DNA of 64,000 nucleotides, taken from the NCBI GenBank assembly GCA_964016885.1, contig OZ024742.1:377890001-377954000 (forward strand), read 5' to 3'. This DNA comes from Eledone cirrhosa. Its lineage: Eukaryota. How positions within the stretch are numbered: position 1 is the stretch's first letter; the number at the start of each line of letters is the position of its first letter. The position numbers were made by a program, and so were the translations under genes. This document shows, piece by piece, positions 12,264 to 27,200 of this stretch. The notes beneath the pieces are model-generated. The model saw only the letters and a program-made list of their open reading frames with translations. It had not been told where the DNA came from and searched no databases.

Positions 12264-15200
12264 ATTCCTACTTCTGTCACTTGTTAAACTATCTCTACAG
12301 AAGACTAGAACATATTTCTAAATCTGTCACTTGTTAAACTATCTCTACAGAAGACTAGAACATATTTCTACTTCTGTCACTTGTTAAACTATCTCTACAG
12401 AAGACTAAATCATATTTCTACTTCTGTCACTTGTTAAACTATCTCTACAGAAGACTAGAACATAATTCTACTTCTTTCACTTGTTAAACTATCTCTACAG
12501 AAGACTAGAACATAATTCTACTTCTGTCACTTGTTAAACTATCTCTACAGAAGACTAGAACATAGTTCTACTTCTTTCACTTGTTAAACTATCTCTACAG
12601 AAGACTAGAACATAGAACATATTTCTACTTCTGTCACTTGTTAAACTATCTCTACAGAAGACTAAAACATATTTCTACTTCTGTCACTTGTTAAACTATC
12701 TCTACAGAAGACTAGAACATAATTCTACTTCTCTCACTTGTTAAACTATCTCTACAGAAGACTAGAACATAATTCCACTTCTGTAACTTGTTAAACTATC
12801 TCTACAGAATACTGGAACTTATTTCTACTTCTGTCACATGATAAACTATCTCTACAGAAGACTAGAACATATTTCTACCTCTGTCACTTGTTAAACTATC
12901 TCTACAGAAGACTAGAACATATTTCTACTTCTGTCACTTGTTAAACTATCTCTACAGAAGACTAGAACATAATTCTACTTCTGTCACTTGTTAAACTATC
13001 TCTACAGAAGACTAGAACATAATTCTACTTCTTTCACTTGTTAAACTATCTCTACAGAAGACTAGAACATAATTCTACTTCTTTCACTTGTTAATCTATC
13101 TCTACAGAAGACTAGAACATAATTCTACTTCTGTTACTTGTTAAACTATCTCTACAGAAGACTAGAACATAATTCTACTTCTGTCACTTGTTAAACTATC
13201 TCTACAGAAGACTAGAACTAATTTCTACTTCTGTCAGTTGTTAAACTATCACTAAAGAAGACTTGAACATATTTCTACTTCTGTCACTTGTTAAACTATC
13301 TCTACAGAAGACTAGAACATAGAACATATTTCTGCTTCTGTCACTTGTTAAAGTATCTCTACAGAAGACTAGAACATATTACTACTTCTGTCACTTGTTA
13401 AACTATCTCTACAGAAGACTAGAACATATTTCTACTACTGTCCCTTGTTAAACTCTCTCTACAGAAGACTAGAACATATTTCTACTACTGTCCCTTGTTA
13501 AACTATCTCTACAGAAGACTAGAACATATTTCTACTTCTGTCACTTGTTAAACTATCTCTACAGAATACTACGACATATTTCTACATCTGTCACATGTTA
13601 AACTATCTCTACAGAAGACTAGAACATATTTCTTCTTCTGTTACTTGTCACACTATCTCTGCAGAAGACTAGAACATAATTCTACTTCTGTCACTTGTTA
13701 ACCTATCTCTACAGAAGACTAGAACATGATTCTACTACTCTCACTTGTTAAACTACCTCTACAGAAGACAAGAACATATTTCTACTTCTGTCACTTGTTA
13801 AACTACCTCAACAGAAGAATAGAACACATTTCTACTTCTGTCACTTGTTAAACTATCTCTAAAGAAGACTAGAACATATTTCTACTTCTGTCACATGTTA
13901 AACTATCTCTGCAGAAGACTAGAACATAGTTCTACTTCTGTCACTTGTTAAACTATCTCTACAGAAGCCTAGAACGTAGAACATATTTCTACTTCTGTCA
14001 CTTGTTAAACTATCTCTACATAAGACTAAATCATATTTCTACTTCTGTCACTTGTTAAACTATCTCTACAGAAGACTAGAACATAGAACATATTTCTACT
14101 TCTGTCACTTGTTAAACTATCTCTACAGAAGACTAAAACATATTTCTACTTCTGTCACTTGTTAAACTATCTCTACAGAAGACTAGAACATAATTCTACT
14201 TCTTTCACTTGTTAAACTATCTCTACAGAAGACTAGAACATATCTACTTCTTTCACTTATTAAACTATCTCTACAGAAGACTAGAACATAATTCTACTTC
14301 TGTCACTTGTTAAACTATCTCTACAGAAGACTAGAACATAATTCTACTTCTGTCACTTGTTAAACTATCTCTACAGAAGACTAGAACTGATTTCTACATC
14401 TGTCAGTTGTTAAACTATCACTAAAGAAGACTTGAACATATTTCTACTTCTGTCACTTGTTAAACTATCTCTACAGAAGACTAGAACATATTTCTACTTC
14501 TGTCACTTGTTAAACTATCTCTACAGAAGACTAGAACATATTTCTAAATCTGTCACTTGTTAAACTATCTCTACAGAAGACTAGAACATATTTCTACTTC
14601 TGTCACTTGTTAAACTATCTCTACAGAAGACTAAATCATATTTCTACTTCTGTCACTTGTTAAACTATCTCTACAGAAGACAAAACATAATTCTACTACT
14701 TTCACTTGTTAAACTATCTCTACAGAAGACTAGAACATAATTCTACTTCTTTCACTTGTTAAACTATCTCTACAGAAGACTAGAACATAAGTCTACTTCT
14801 GTCACTTGTTAAACCATCTCTACAGAAGACTAGAACATAATTCTACTTCTCTCACTTGTTAAACTATCTCTACAGAAGACTAGAACATAATTCCACTTCT
14901 GTAACTTGTTAAACTGTCTCTACAGAATACTAGAACTTATTTCTACTTCTGTCACATGATAAACTATCTCTACAGAAGACTAGAACATATTTCTACCTCT
15001 GTCACTTGTTAAACTATCTCTACAGAAGACTAGAACATATTTCTACTTCTGTCACTTGTTAAACTATCTCTACAGAAGACTAGAACATAATTCTACTTCT
15101 GTCACTTGTTAAACTATCTCTACAGAAGACTAGAACATAATTCTACTTCTTTCACTTGTTAAACTATCTCTACAGAAGACTAGAACATAATTCTACTTCT

Positions 15201-18200
15201 TTCATTTGTTAATCTATCTCTACAGAAGACTAGAACATAATTCTACTTCTGTCACTTGTTAAACTATCTCTACAGAAGACTAGAACATAATTCTACTTCT
15301 GTCACTTGTTAAACTATCTCTACAGAAGACTAGAACTAATTTCTACTTCTGTCAGTTGTTAAACTATCACTAAAGAAGACTTGAACATATTTCTACTTCT
15401 GTCACTTGTTAAACTATCTCTACAGAAGACTAGAACATAGAACATATTTCTGCTTCTGTCACTTGTTAAAGTATCTCTACAGAAGACTAGAACATATTAC
15501 TACTTCTGTCACTTGTTAAACTATCTCTACAGAAGACTAGAACATATTTCTACTACTGTCCCTTGTTAAACTCTCTCTACAGAAGACTAGAACATATTTC
15601 TACTACTGTCCCTTGTTAAACTATCTCTACAGAAGACTAGAACATATTTCTACTTCTGTCACTTGTTAAACTATCTCTACAGAATACTACGACATATTTC
15701 TACATCTGTCACATGTTAAACTATCTCTACAGAAGACTAGAACATATTTCTTCTTCTGTTACTTGTCACACTATCTCTACAGAAGACTAGAACATAATTC
15801 TACTTCTGTCACTTGTTAACCTATCTCTACAGAAGACTAGAACATGATTCTACTACTCTCACTTGTTAAACTACCTCTACAGAAGACAAGAACATATTTC
15901 TACTTCTGTCACTTGTTAAACTACCTCAACAGAAGAATAGAACACATTTCTACTTCTGTCACTTGTTAAACTATCTCTAAAGAAGACTAGAACATATTTC
16001 TACTTCTGTCACATGTTAAACTATCTCTGCAGAAGACTAGAACATAGTTCTACTTCTGTCACTTGTTAAACTATCTCTACAGAAGACTAGAACGTAGAAC
16101 ATATTTCTACTTCTGTCACTTGTTAAACTATCTCTACATAAGACTAAATCATATTTCTACTTCTGTCACTTGTTAAACTATCTCTACAGAAGACTAGAAC
16201 ATAGAACATATTTCTACTTCTGTCACTTGTTAAACTATCTCTACAGAAGACTAAAACATATTTCTACTTCTGTCACTTGTTAAACTATCTCTACAGAAGA
16301 CTAGAACATAATTCTACTTCTTTCACTTGTTAAACTATCTCTACAGAAGACTAGAACATATCTACTTCTTTCACTTGTTAAACTATCTCTACAGAAGACT
16401 AGAACATAATTCTACTTCTGTCACTTGTTAAACTATCTCTACAGAAGACTAGAACATAATTCTACTTCTGTCACTTGTTAAACTATCTCTACAGAAGACT
16501 AGAACTGATTTCTACATCTGTCAGTTGTTAAACTATCACTAAAGAAGACTTGAACATATTTCTACTTCTGTCACTTGTTAAACTATCTCTACAGAAGATT
16601 AGAACATAGAACATATTTCTGCTTCTGTCACTTGTTAAACTATCTCTGCAGAAGACTAGAACATAGAACATATTTCTACTTCTGTCACTTGTTAAACTAT
16701 CTCTACAGAAGACTAAAACATATTTCTACTTCTGTCACTTGTTAAACTATCTCTACAGAAGACTAGAACATATTTCTACTTCTGTCACTTGTTAAACTAT
16801 CTCTACAGAAGACTAGAACATATTTCTACTTCTGTCACTTGTTAAACTATCTCTACAGAAGACTAGAACGTAGAACATATTTCTAATTCTGTCACTTGTT
16901 AAACTATCTCTACAGAAGACTAGAACATATTTCTACTACTGTCCCTTGTTAAACTCTCTCTACAGAAGACTAGAACATATTTCTACTACTGTCCCTTGTT
17001 AAACTATCTCTACAGAAGACTAGAACATATTTCTACTTCTGTCACTTGTTAAACTATCTCTACAGAATACTACGACATATTTCTACATCTGTCACATGTT
17101 AAACTATCTCTACAGAAGACTAGAACATATTTCTTCTTCTGTTACTTGTCACACTATCTCTACAGAAGACTAGAACATAATTCTACTTCTGTCACTTGTT
17201 AACCTATCTCTACAGAAGACTAGAACATGATTCTACTACTCTCACTTGTTAAACTACCTCTACAGAAGACAAGAACATATTTCTACTTCTGTCACTTGTT
17301 ATACTACCTCAACAGAAGAACAGAACACATTTCTACTTCTGTCACTTGTTAAACTATCTCTAAAGAAGACTAGAACATATTTCTACTTCTGTCACATGTT
17401 AAACTATCTCTGCAGAAGACTAGAACATAGTTCTACTTCTGTCACTTGTTAAACTATCTCTACAGAAGACTAGAACGTAGAACATATTTCTACTTCTGTC
17501 AGTTGTTAAACTATCTCTACATAAGACTAAATCATATTTCTACTTCTGTCACTTGTTAAACTATCTCTACAGAAGACTAGAACATAGAACATATTTCTAC
17601 TTCTGTCACTTGTTAAACTATCTCTACAGAAGACTAGAACATAGAACATATTTCTACTTCTGTCACTTGTTAAACTATCTCTACAGAAGACTAGAACATA
17701 ATTCTACTTCTTTCACTTGTTAAACTATCTCTACAGAAGACTAGAACATATCTACTTCTTTCACTTGTTAAACTATCTCTACAGAAGACTCGAACATAAT
17801 TCTACTTCTGTCACTTGTTAAACTATCTCTACAGAAGATTAGAACATAGAACATATTTCTGCTTCTGTCACTTGTTAAACTATCTCTGCAGAAGACTAGA
17901 ACATAGAACATATTTCTACTTCTGTCACTTGTTAAACTATCTCTACAGAAGACTAAAACATATTTCTACTTCTGTCACTTGTTAAACTATCTCTACAGAA
18001 GACTAGAACATATTTCTACTTCTGTCACTTGTTAAACTATCTCTACAGAAGACTAGAACATATTTCTACTTCTGTCACTTGTTAAACTATCTCTACAGAA
18101 GACTAGAACGTAGAACATATTTCTAATTCTGTCACTTGTTAAACTATCTCTACATAAGACTAAATCATATTACTACTTCTGTCACTTGTTAAACTATCTC

Positions 18201-18969
18201 TACAGAAGACAAAACATAATTCTACTTCTTTCACTTGTTAAACTATCTCTACAGAAGACTAGAACATAATTCTACTTCTTTCACTTGTTAAACTATCTCT
18301 ACAGAAGACTAGAACATAATTCTACTTCTGTCACATGTTAAACTATCTCTACAGAAGACTAGAACATAATTCTACTTCTTTCACTTGTTAAACTATCTCT
18401 ACAGAAGACTAGAACATAATTCTACTTCTGTCACTTGTTAAACTATCTCTACAGAAGACTAGAACATAATTCTACTTCTGTCACATGTTAAACAATCTCT
18501 ACAGAAGACTAGAACATATTTCTACTTCTGTCACTTGTTAAACTATCTCTACAGAAGACTAGAACATATTTCTACTTCTGTCACTTGTTAAACTATCTCT
18601 ACAGAAGACTAGAACATAATTCTACTTCTGTCACTTGTTAAACTATCTCTACAGAAGACTAGAACATAATTCTACTTCTGTCACATGTTAAACTATCTCT
18701 GCAGAAGACTAGAACATATTTCTACTCCTGTCACTCGTTAAACTATCTCTACAGAACACTAGAAAATAATTCTACTTCTTTCACATGTTAAACTATCTCT
18801 ACAGAAGACTAGAACATAATTCTACTTCTTTCACATGTTAAACTATCTCTACAGAAGACTAGAACATATTTCTACTTCTGTCACTTGTTAAACTATCTCT
18901 ACAGAAGACTAGAACATATTTCTAAATCTGTCACTTGTTAAACTATCTCTACAGAAGACTAGAACATAT
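12264..18969. repeat. Higher-order repeat unit A, copy 3
   Basis: Tracks copy 1 at +12263 (GGAACTT at 551/12814; the C of GACTCGAA at 5528/17791) to ~18684, then continues into CTCCTGTCACTCG-type monomers. Confidence 0.88.
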
Positions 18970-21900
18970 TTCTACTTCTGTCACTTGTTAACCTATCTCT
19001 ACAGAAGACTAGAACATGATTCTACTACTCTCACTTGTTAAACTACCTCTACAGAAGACAAGAACATATTTCTACTTCTGTCACTTGTTAAACTACCTCA
19101 ACAGAAGAATAGAACACATTTCTACTTCTGTCACTTGTTAAACTATCTCTAAAGAAGACTAGAACATATTTCTACTTCTGTCACATGTTAAACTATCTCT
19201 GCAGAAGACTAGAACATAGTTCTACTTCTGTCACTTGTTAAACTATCTCTACAGAAGACTAGAACGTAGAACATATTTCTACTTCTGTCACTTGTTAAAC
19301 TATCTCTACATAAGACTAAATCATATTTCTACTTCTGTCACTTGTTAAACTATCTCTACAGAAGACTAGAACATAGAACATATTTCTACTTCTGTCACTT
19401 GTTAAACTATCTCTACAGAAGACTAAAACATATTTCTACTTCTGTCACTTGTTAAACTATCTCTACAGAAGACTAGAACATAATTCTACTTCTTTCACTT
19501 GTTAAACTATCTCTACAGAAGACTAGAACATATCTACTTCTTTCACTTATTAAACTATCTCTACAGAAGACTAGAACATAATTCTACTTCTGTCACTTGT
19601 TAAACTATCTCTACAGAAGACTAGAACATAATTCTACTTCTGTCACTTGTTAAACTATCTCTACAGAAGACTAGAACTGATTTCTACATCTGTCAGTTGT
19701 TAAACTATCACTAAAGAAGACTTGAACATATTTCTACTTCTGTCACTTGTTAAACTATCTCTACAGAAGACTAGAACATATTTCTACTTCTGTCACTTGT
19801 TAAACTATCTCTACAGAAGACTAGAACATATTTCTAAATCTGTCACTTGTTAAACTATCTCTACAGAAGACTAGAACATATTTCTACTTCTGTCACTTGT
19901 TAAACTATCTCTACAGAAGACTAAATCATATTTCTACTTCTGTCACTTGTTAAACTATCTCTACAGAAGACAAAACATAATTCTACTACTTTCACTTGTT
20001 AAACTATCTCTACAGAAGACTAGAACATAATTCTACTTCTTTCACTTGTTAAACTATCTCTACAGAAGACTAGAACATAAGTCTACTTCTGTCACTTGTT
20101 AAACCATCTCTACAGAAGACTAGAACATAATTCTACTTCTCTCACTTGTTAAACTATCTCTACAGAAGACTAGAACATAATTCCACTTCTGTAACTTGTT
20201 AAACTGTCTCTACAGAATACTAGAACTTATTTCTACTTCTGTCACATGATAAACTATCTCTACAGAAGACTAGAACATATTTCTACCTCTGTCACTTGTT
20301 AAACTATCTCTACAGAAGACTAGAACATATTTCTACTTCTGTCACTTGTTAAACTATCTCTACAGAAGACTAGAACATAATTCTACTTCTGTCACTTGTT
20401 AAACTATCTCTACAGAAGACTAGAACATAATTCTACTTCTTTCACTTGTTAAACTATCTCTACAGAAGACTAGAACATAATTCTACTTCTTTCATTTGTT
20501 AATCTATCTCTACAGAAGACTAGAACATAATTCTACTTCTGTCACTTGTTAAACTATCTCTACAGAAGACTAGAACATAATTCTACTTCTGTCACTTGTT
20601 AAACTATCTCTACAGAAGACTAGAACTAATTTCTACTTCTGTCAGTTGTTAAACTATCACTAAAGAAGACTTGAACATATTTCTACTTCTGTCACTTGTT
20701 AAACTATCTCTACAGAAGACTAGAACATAGAACATATTTCTGCTTCTGTCACTTGTTAAAGTATCTCTACAGAAGACTAGAACATATTACTACTTCTGTC
20801 ACTTGTTAAACTATCTCTACAGAAGACTAGAACATATTTCTACTACTGTCCCTTGTTAAACTCTCTCTACAGAAGACTAGAACATATTTCTACTACTGTC
20901 CCTTGTTAAACTATCTCTACAGAAGACTAGAACATATTTCTACTTCTGTCACTTGTTAAACTATCTCTACAGAATACTACGACATATTTCTACATCTGTC
21001 ACATGTTAAACTATCTCTACAGAAGACTAGAACATATTTCTTCTTCTGTTACTTGTCACACTATCTCTACAGAAGACTAGAACATAATTCTACTTCTGTC
21101 ACTTGTTAACCTATCTCTACAGAAGACTAGAACATGATTCTACTACTCTCACTTGTTAAACTACCTCTACAGAAGACAAGAACATATTTCTACTTCTGTC
21201 ACTTGTTAAACTACCTCAACAGAAGAATAGAACACATTTCTACTTCTGTCACTTGTTAAACTATCTCTAAAGAAGACTAGAACATATTTCTACTTCTGTC
21301 ACATGTTAAACTATCTCTGCAGAAGACTAGAACATAGTTCTACTTCTGTCACTTGTTAAACTATCTCTACAGAAGACTAGAACGTAGAACATATTTCTAC
21401 TTCTGTCACTTGTTAAACTATCTCTACATAAGACTAAATCATATTTCTACTTCTGTCACTTGTTAAACTATCTCTACAGAAGACTAGAACATAGAACATA
21501 TTTCTACTTCTGTCACTTGTTAAACTATCTCTACAGAAGACTAAAACATATTTCTACTTCTGTCACTTGTTAAACTATCTCTACAGAAGACTAGAACATA
21601 ATTCTACTTCTTTCACTTGTTAAACTATCTCTACAGAAGACTAGAACATATCTACTTCTTTCACTTGTTAAACTATCTCTACAGAAGACTAGAACATAAT
21701 TCTACTTCTGTCACTTGTTAAACTATCTCTACAGAAGACTAGAACATAATTCTACTTCTGTCACTTGTTAAACTATCTCTACAGAAGACTAGAACTGATT
21801 TCTACATCTGTCAGTTGTTAAACTATCACTAAAGAAGACTTGAACATATTTCTACTTCTGTCACTTGTTAAACTATCTCTACAGAAGATTAGAACATAGA

Positions 21901-24280
21901 ACATATTTCTGCTTCTGTCACTTGTTAAACTATCTCTGCAGAAGACTAGAACATAGAACATATTTCTACTTCTGTCACTTGTTAAACTATCTCTACAGAA
22001 GACTAAAACATATTTCTACTTCTGTCACTTGTTAAACTATCTCTACAGAAGACTAGAACATATTTCTACTTCTGTCACTTGTTAAACTATCTCTACAGAA
22101 GACTAGAACATATTTCTACTTCTGTCACTTGTTAAACTATCTCTACAGAAGACTAGAACGTAGAACATATTTCTAATTCTGTCACTTGTTAAACTATCTC
22201 TACAGAAGACTAGAACATATTTCTACTACTGTCCCTTGTTAAACTCTCTCTACAGAAGACTAGAACATATTTCTACTACTGTCCCTTGTTAAACTATCTC
22301 TACAGAAGACTAGAACATATTTCTACTTCTGTCACTTGTTAAACTATCTCTACAGAATACTACGACATATTTCTACATCTGTCACATGTTAAACTATCTC
22401 TACAGAAGACTAGAACATATTTCTTCTTCTGTTACTTGTCACACTATCTCTACAGAAGACTAGAACATAATTCTACTTCTGTCACTTGTTAACCTATCTC
22501 TACAGAAGACTAGAACATGATTCTACTACTCTCACTTGTTAAACTACCTCTACAGAAGACAAGAACATATTTCTACTTCTGTCACTTGTTATACTACCTC
22601 AACAGAAGAATAGAACACATTTCTACTTCTGTCACTTGTTAAACTATCTCTAAAGAAGACTAGAACATATTTCTACTTCTGTCACATGTTAAACTATCTC
22701 TGCAGAAGACTAGAACATAGTTCTACTTCTGTCACTTGTTAAACTATCTCTACAGAAGACTAGAACGTAGAACATATTTCTACTTCTGTCAGTTGTTAAA
22801 CTATCTCTACATAAGACTAAATCATATTTCTACTTCTGTCACTTGTTAAACTATCTCTACAGAAGACTAGAACATAGAACATATTTCTACTTCTGTCACT
22901 TGTTAAACTATCTCTACAGAAGACTAGAACATAGAACATATTTCTACTTCTGTCACTTGTTAAACTATCTCTACAGAAGACTAGAACATAATTCTACTTC
23001 TTTCACTTGTTAAACTATCTCTACAGAAGACTAGAACATATCTACTTCTTTCACTTGTTAAACTATCTCTACAGAAGACTCGAACATAATTCTACTTCTG
23101 TCACTTGTTAAACTATCTCTACAGAAGATTAGAACATAGAACATATTTCTGCTTCTGTCACTTGTTAAACTAACTCTGCAGAAGACTAGAACATAGAACA
23201 TATTTCTACTTCTGTCACTTGTTAAACTATCTCTACAGAAGACTAAAACATATTTCTACTTCTGTCACTTGTTAAACTATCTCTACAGAAGACTAGAACA
23301 TATTTCTACTTCTGTCACTTGTTAAACTATCTCTACAGAAGACTAGAACATATTTCTACTTCTGTCACTTGTTAAACTATCTCTACAGAAGACTAGAACG
23401 TAGAACATATTTCTAATTCTGTCACTTGTTAAACTATCTCTACATAAGACTAAATCATATTACTACTTCTGTCACTTGTTAAACTATCTCTACAGAAGAC
23501 AAAACATAATTCTACTTCTTTCACTTGTTAAACTATCTCTACAGAAGACTAGAACATAATTCTACTTCTTTCACTTGTTAAACTATCTCTACAGAAGACT
23601 AGAACATAATTCTACTTCTGTCACATGTTAAACTATCTCTACAGAAGACTAGAACATAATTCTACTTCTTTCACTTGTTAAACTATCTCTACAGAAGACT
23701 AGAACATAATTCTACTTCTGTCACTTGTTAAACTATCTCTACAGAAGACTAGAACATAATTCTACTTCTGTCACATGTTAAACAATCTCTACAGAAGACT
23801 AGAACATATTTCTACTTCTGTCACTTGTTAAACTATCTCTACAGAAGACTAGAACATATTTCTACTTCTGTCACTTGTTAAACTATCTCTACAGAAGACT
23901 AGAACATAATTCTACTTCTGTCACTTGTTAAACTATCTCTACAGAAGACTAGAACATAATTCTACTTCTGTCACATGTTAAACTATCTCTGCAGAAGACT
24001 AGAACATATTTCTACTCCTGTCACTCGTTAAACTATCTCTACAGAACACTAGAAAATAATTCTACTTCTTTCACATGTTAAACTATCTCTACAGAAGACT
24101 AGAACATAATTCTACTTCTTTCACATGTTAAACTATCTCTACAGAAGACTAGAACATATTTCTACTTCTGTCACTTGTTAAACTATCTCTACAGAAGACT
24201 AGAACATATTTCTAAATCTGTCACTTGTTAAACTATCTCTACAGAAGACTAGAACATATTTCTACTTCTGTCACTTGTTA
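18970..24280. repeat. 5290-bp tandem duplication of ~13680-18969 (partial unit A, copy 4)
   Basis: Markers at +5290: ACCTATC at 13701/18991, CGAAC at 17791/23081, TCTACTCCTG at 18721/24011. Confidence 0.88.
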
Positions 24281-27200
24281 AACTATCTCTACAGAAGACT
24301 AGAACGTAGAACATATTTCTACTTCTGTCACTTGTTAAACAATCTCTACAGAAGACTAGAACATAATTCTACTTCTGTCACTTGTTAAACTATCTCTACA
24401 GAAGACTAGAACATAATTCTACTTCTTTCACTTGTTAAACTATCTCTACAGAAGACTAGAACATAATTCTACTTCTGTCACTTGTTAAACTATCTCTACA
24501 GAAGACTAGAACATAATTCTACTTCTGTCACATGTTAAACAATCTCTACAGAAGACTAGAACATATTTCTACTTCTGTCACTTGTTAAACTATCTCTACA
24601 GAAGACTAGAACATAATTCTACTTCTGTCACTTGTTAAACTATCTCTACAGAAGACTAGAACATAATTCTACTTCTATCACATGTTAAACTATCTCTGCA
24701 GAAGACTAGAACATATTTCTACTCCTGTCACTCGTTAAACTATCTCTACAGAACACTAGAAAATAATTCTACTTCTTTCACATGTTAAACTATCTCTACA
24801 GAAGACTAGAACATAATTCTACTTCTTTCACATGTTAAACTATCTCTACAGAAGACTAGAACATATTTCTACTTCTGTCACTTGTTAAACTATCTCTACA
24901 GAAGACTAGAACATATTTCTAAATCTGTCACTTGTTAAACTATCTCTACAGAAGACTAGAACATATTTCTACTTCTGTCACTTGTTAAACTATCTCTACA
25001 GAAGACTAGAACGTAGAACATATTTCTACTTCTGTCACTTGTTAAACAATCTCTACAGAAGACTAAATCATATTTCTACTTCTGTCACTTGTTAAACTAT
25101 CTCTACAGAAGACAAAACATAATTCTACTACTTTCACTTGTTAAACTATCTCTACAGAAGACTAGAACATAATTCTACTTCTGTCACTTGTTAAACTATC
25201 TCTACATAAGACTAAATCATATTTCTACTTCTGTCACTTGTTAAACTATCTCTACAGAAGACTAGAACATAGAACATATTTCTACTTCTGTCACTTGTTA
25301 AACTATCTCTACAGAAGACTAAAACATATTTCTACTTCTGTCAATTGTTAAACTATCTCTACAGAAGACTAGAACATAATTCTACTTCTTTCACTTGTTA
25401 AACTATCTCTACAGAAGACTAGAACTGATTTCTACATCTGTCAGTTGTTAAACTATCACTAAAGAAGACTTGAACATATTTCTACTTCTGTCACTTGTTA
25501 AACTATCTCTACAGAAGATTAGAACATAGAACATATTTCTGCTTCTGTCACTTGTTAAACTATCTCTACAGAAGACTAGAACATAGAACATATTTCTACT
25601 TCTGTCACTTGTTAAACTATCTCTACAGAATTCTAAAACATATTTCTACTTCTGTCACTTGTTAAACTATCTCTACAGAAGACTAGAACATATTTCTACT
25701 TTTGTCACTTGTTAAACTATCTCTACAGAAGACTAGAACATATTTCTACTTCTGTCACTTGTTAAACTATCTCTACAGAAGACTAGAACGTAGAACATAT
25801 TTCTACTTCTGTCACTTGTTAAACTATCTCTACATAAGACTAAATCATATTACTACTTCTGTCACTTGTTAAACTATCGCTACAGAAGACAAAACATAAT
25901 TCTACTTCTTTCACTTGTTAAACTATCTCTACAGAAGACTAGAACATAATTCTACTTCTTTCACTTGTTAAACTATCTCTACAGAAGACTAGAACATAAT
26001 TCTACTTCTGTCACTTGTTAAACTATCTCTACAGAAGACTAGAACATAATTCTACTTCTGTCACTTGTTAAACTATCTCTACAGAAGACTAGAACATAAT
26101 TCTACTTCTGTAACTTGTTAAACTATCTCTACAGAAGACTAGAACATAATTCTACTTCTGTCACATGTTAAACAATCTCTACAGAAGACTAGAACATATT
26201 TCTACTTCTGTCACTTGTTAAACTATCTCTACAGAAGACTAGAACATATTTCTACTTCTGTCACTTGTTAAACTATCTGTACAGAAGACTAGAACATAAT
26301 TCTACTTCTGTCACTTGTTAAACTATCTCTACAGAAGACTAGAACATAATTCTACTTCTGTCACATGTTAAACTATCTCTGCAGAAGACTAGAACATATT
26401 TCTACTCCTGTCACTCGTTAAACTATCTCTACAGAACACTAGAAAATAATTCTACTTCTTTCACATGTTAAACTATCTCTACAGAAGACTAGAACATAAT
26501 TCTACTTCTTTCACATGTTAAACCATCTCTACAGAAGACTAGAACATATTTCTACTATTGTCACTTGTTACCTTATCTCTACAGAAGACTAGAACATAAT
26601 TCTACTTCTGTCACTTGTTAAACTATCTCTACAGAAGGCTAGAACATAATTCTACTTCTTTCACATGTTAAACTATCTCTACAGAAGACTAGAACATATT
26701 TCTACTATTGTCACATGTTACCCTATCTCTACAGAAGACTAGAACATAATTCTACTTCTGTCACATGTTAAACTATCTCTACAGAAGACTAGAACATATT
26801 TCTACTTCTGTCACTTGTTAAACTATCTCTACAGAAGACTAGAACATATTTCTAAATCTGTCACTTGTTAAACTATCTCTACAGAAGACTAGAACATATT
26901 TCTACTTCTGTCACTTGTTAAACTATCTCTACAGAAGACTAGAACGTAGAACATATTTCTACTTCTGTCACTTGTTAAACTATCTCTACAGAAGACTAAA
27001 TCATATTTCTACTTCTGTCACTTGTTAAACTATCTCTACAGAAGACAAAACATAATTCTACTACTTTCACTTGTTAAACTATCTCTACAGAAGACTAGAA
27101 CAGAATTCTACTTCTTTCACTTGTTAAACTATCTCTACAGAAGACTAGAACATAATTCTACTTCTGTCACTTGTTAAACTATCTCTACAGAAGACTAGAA

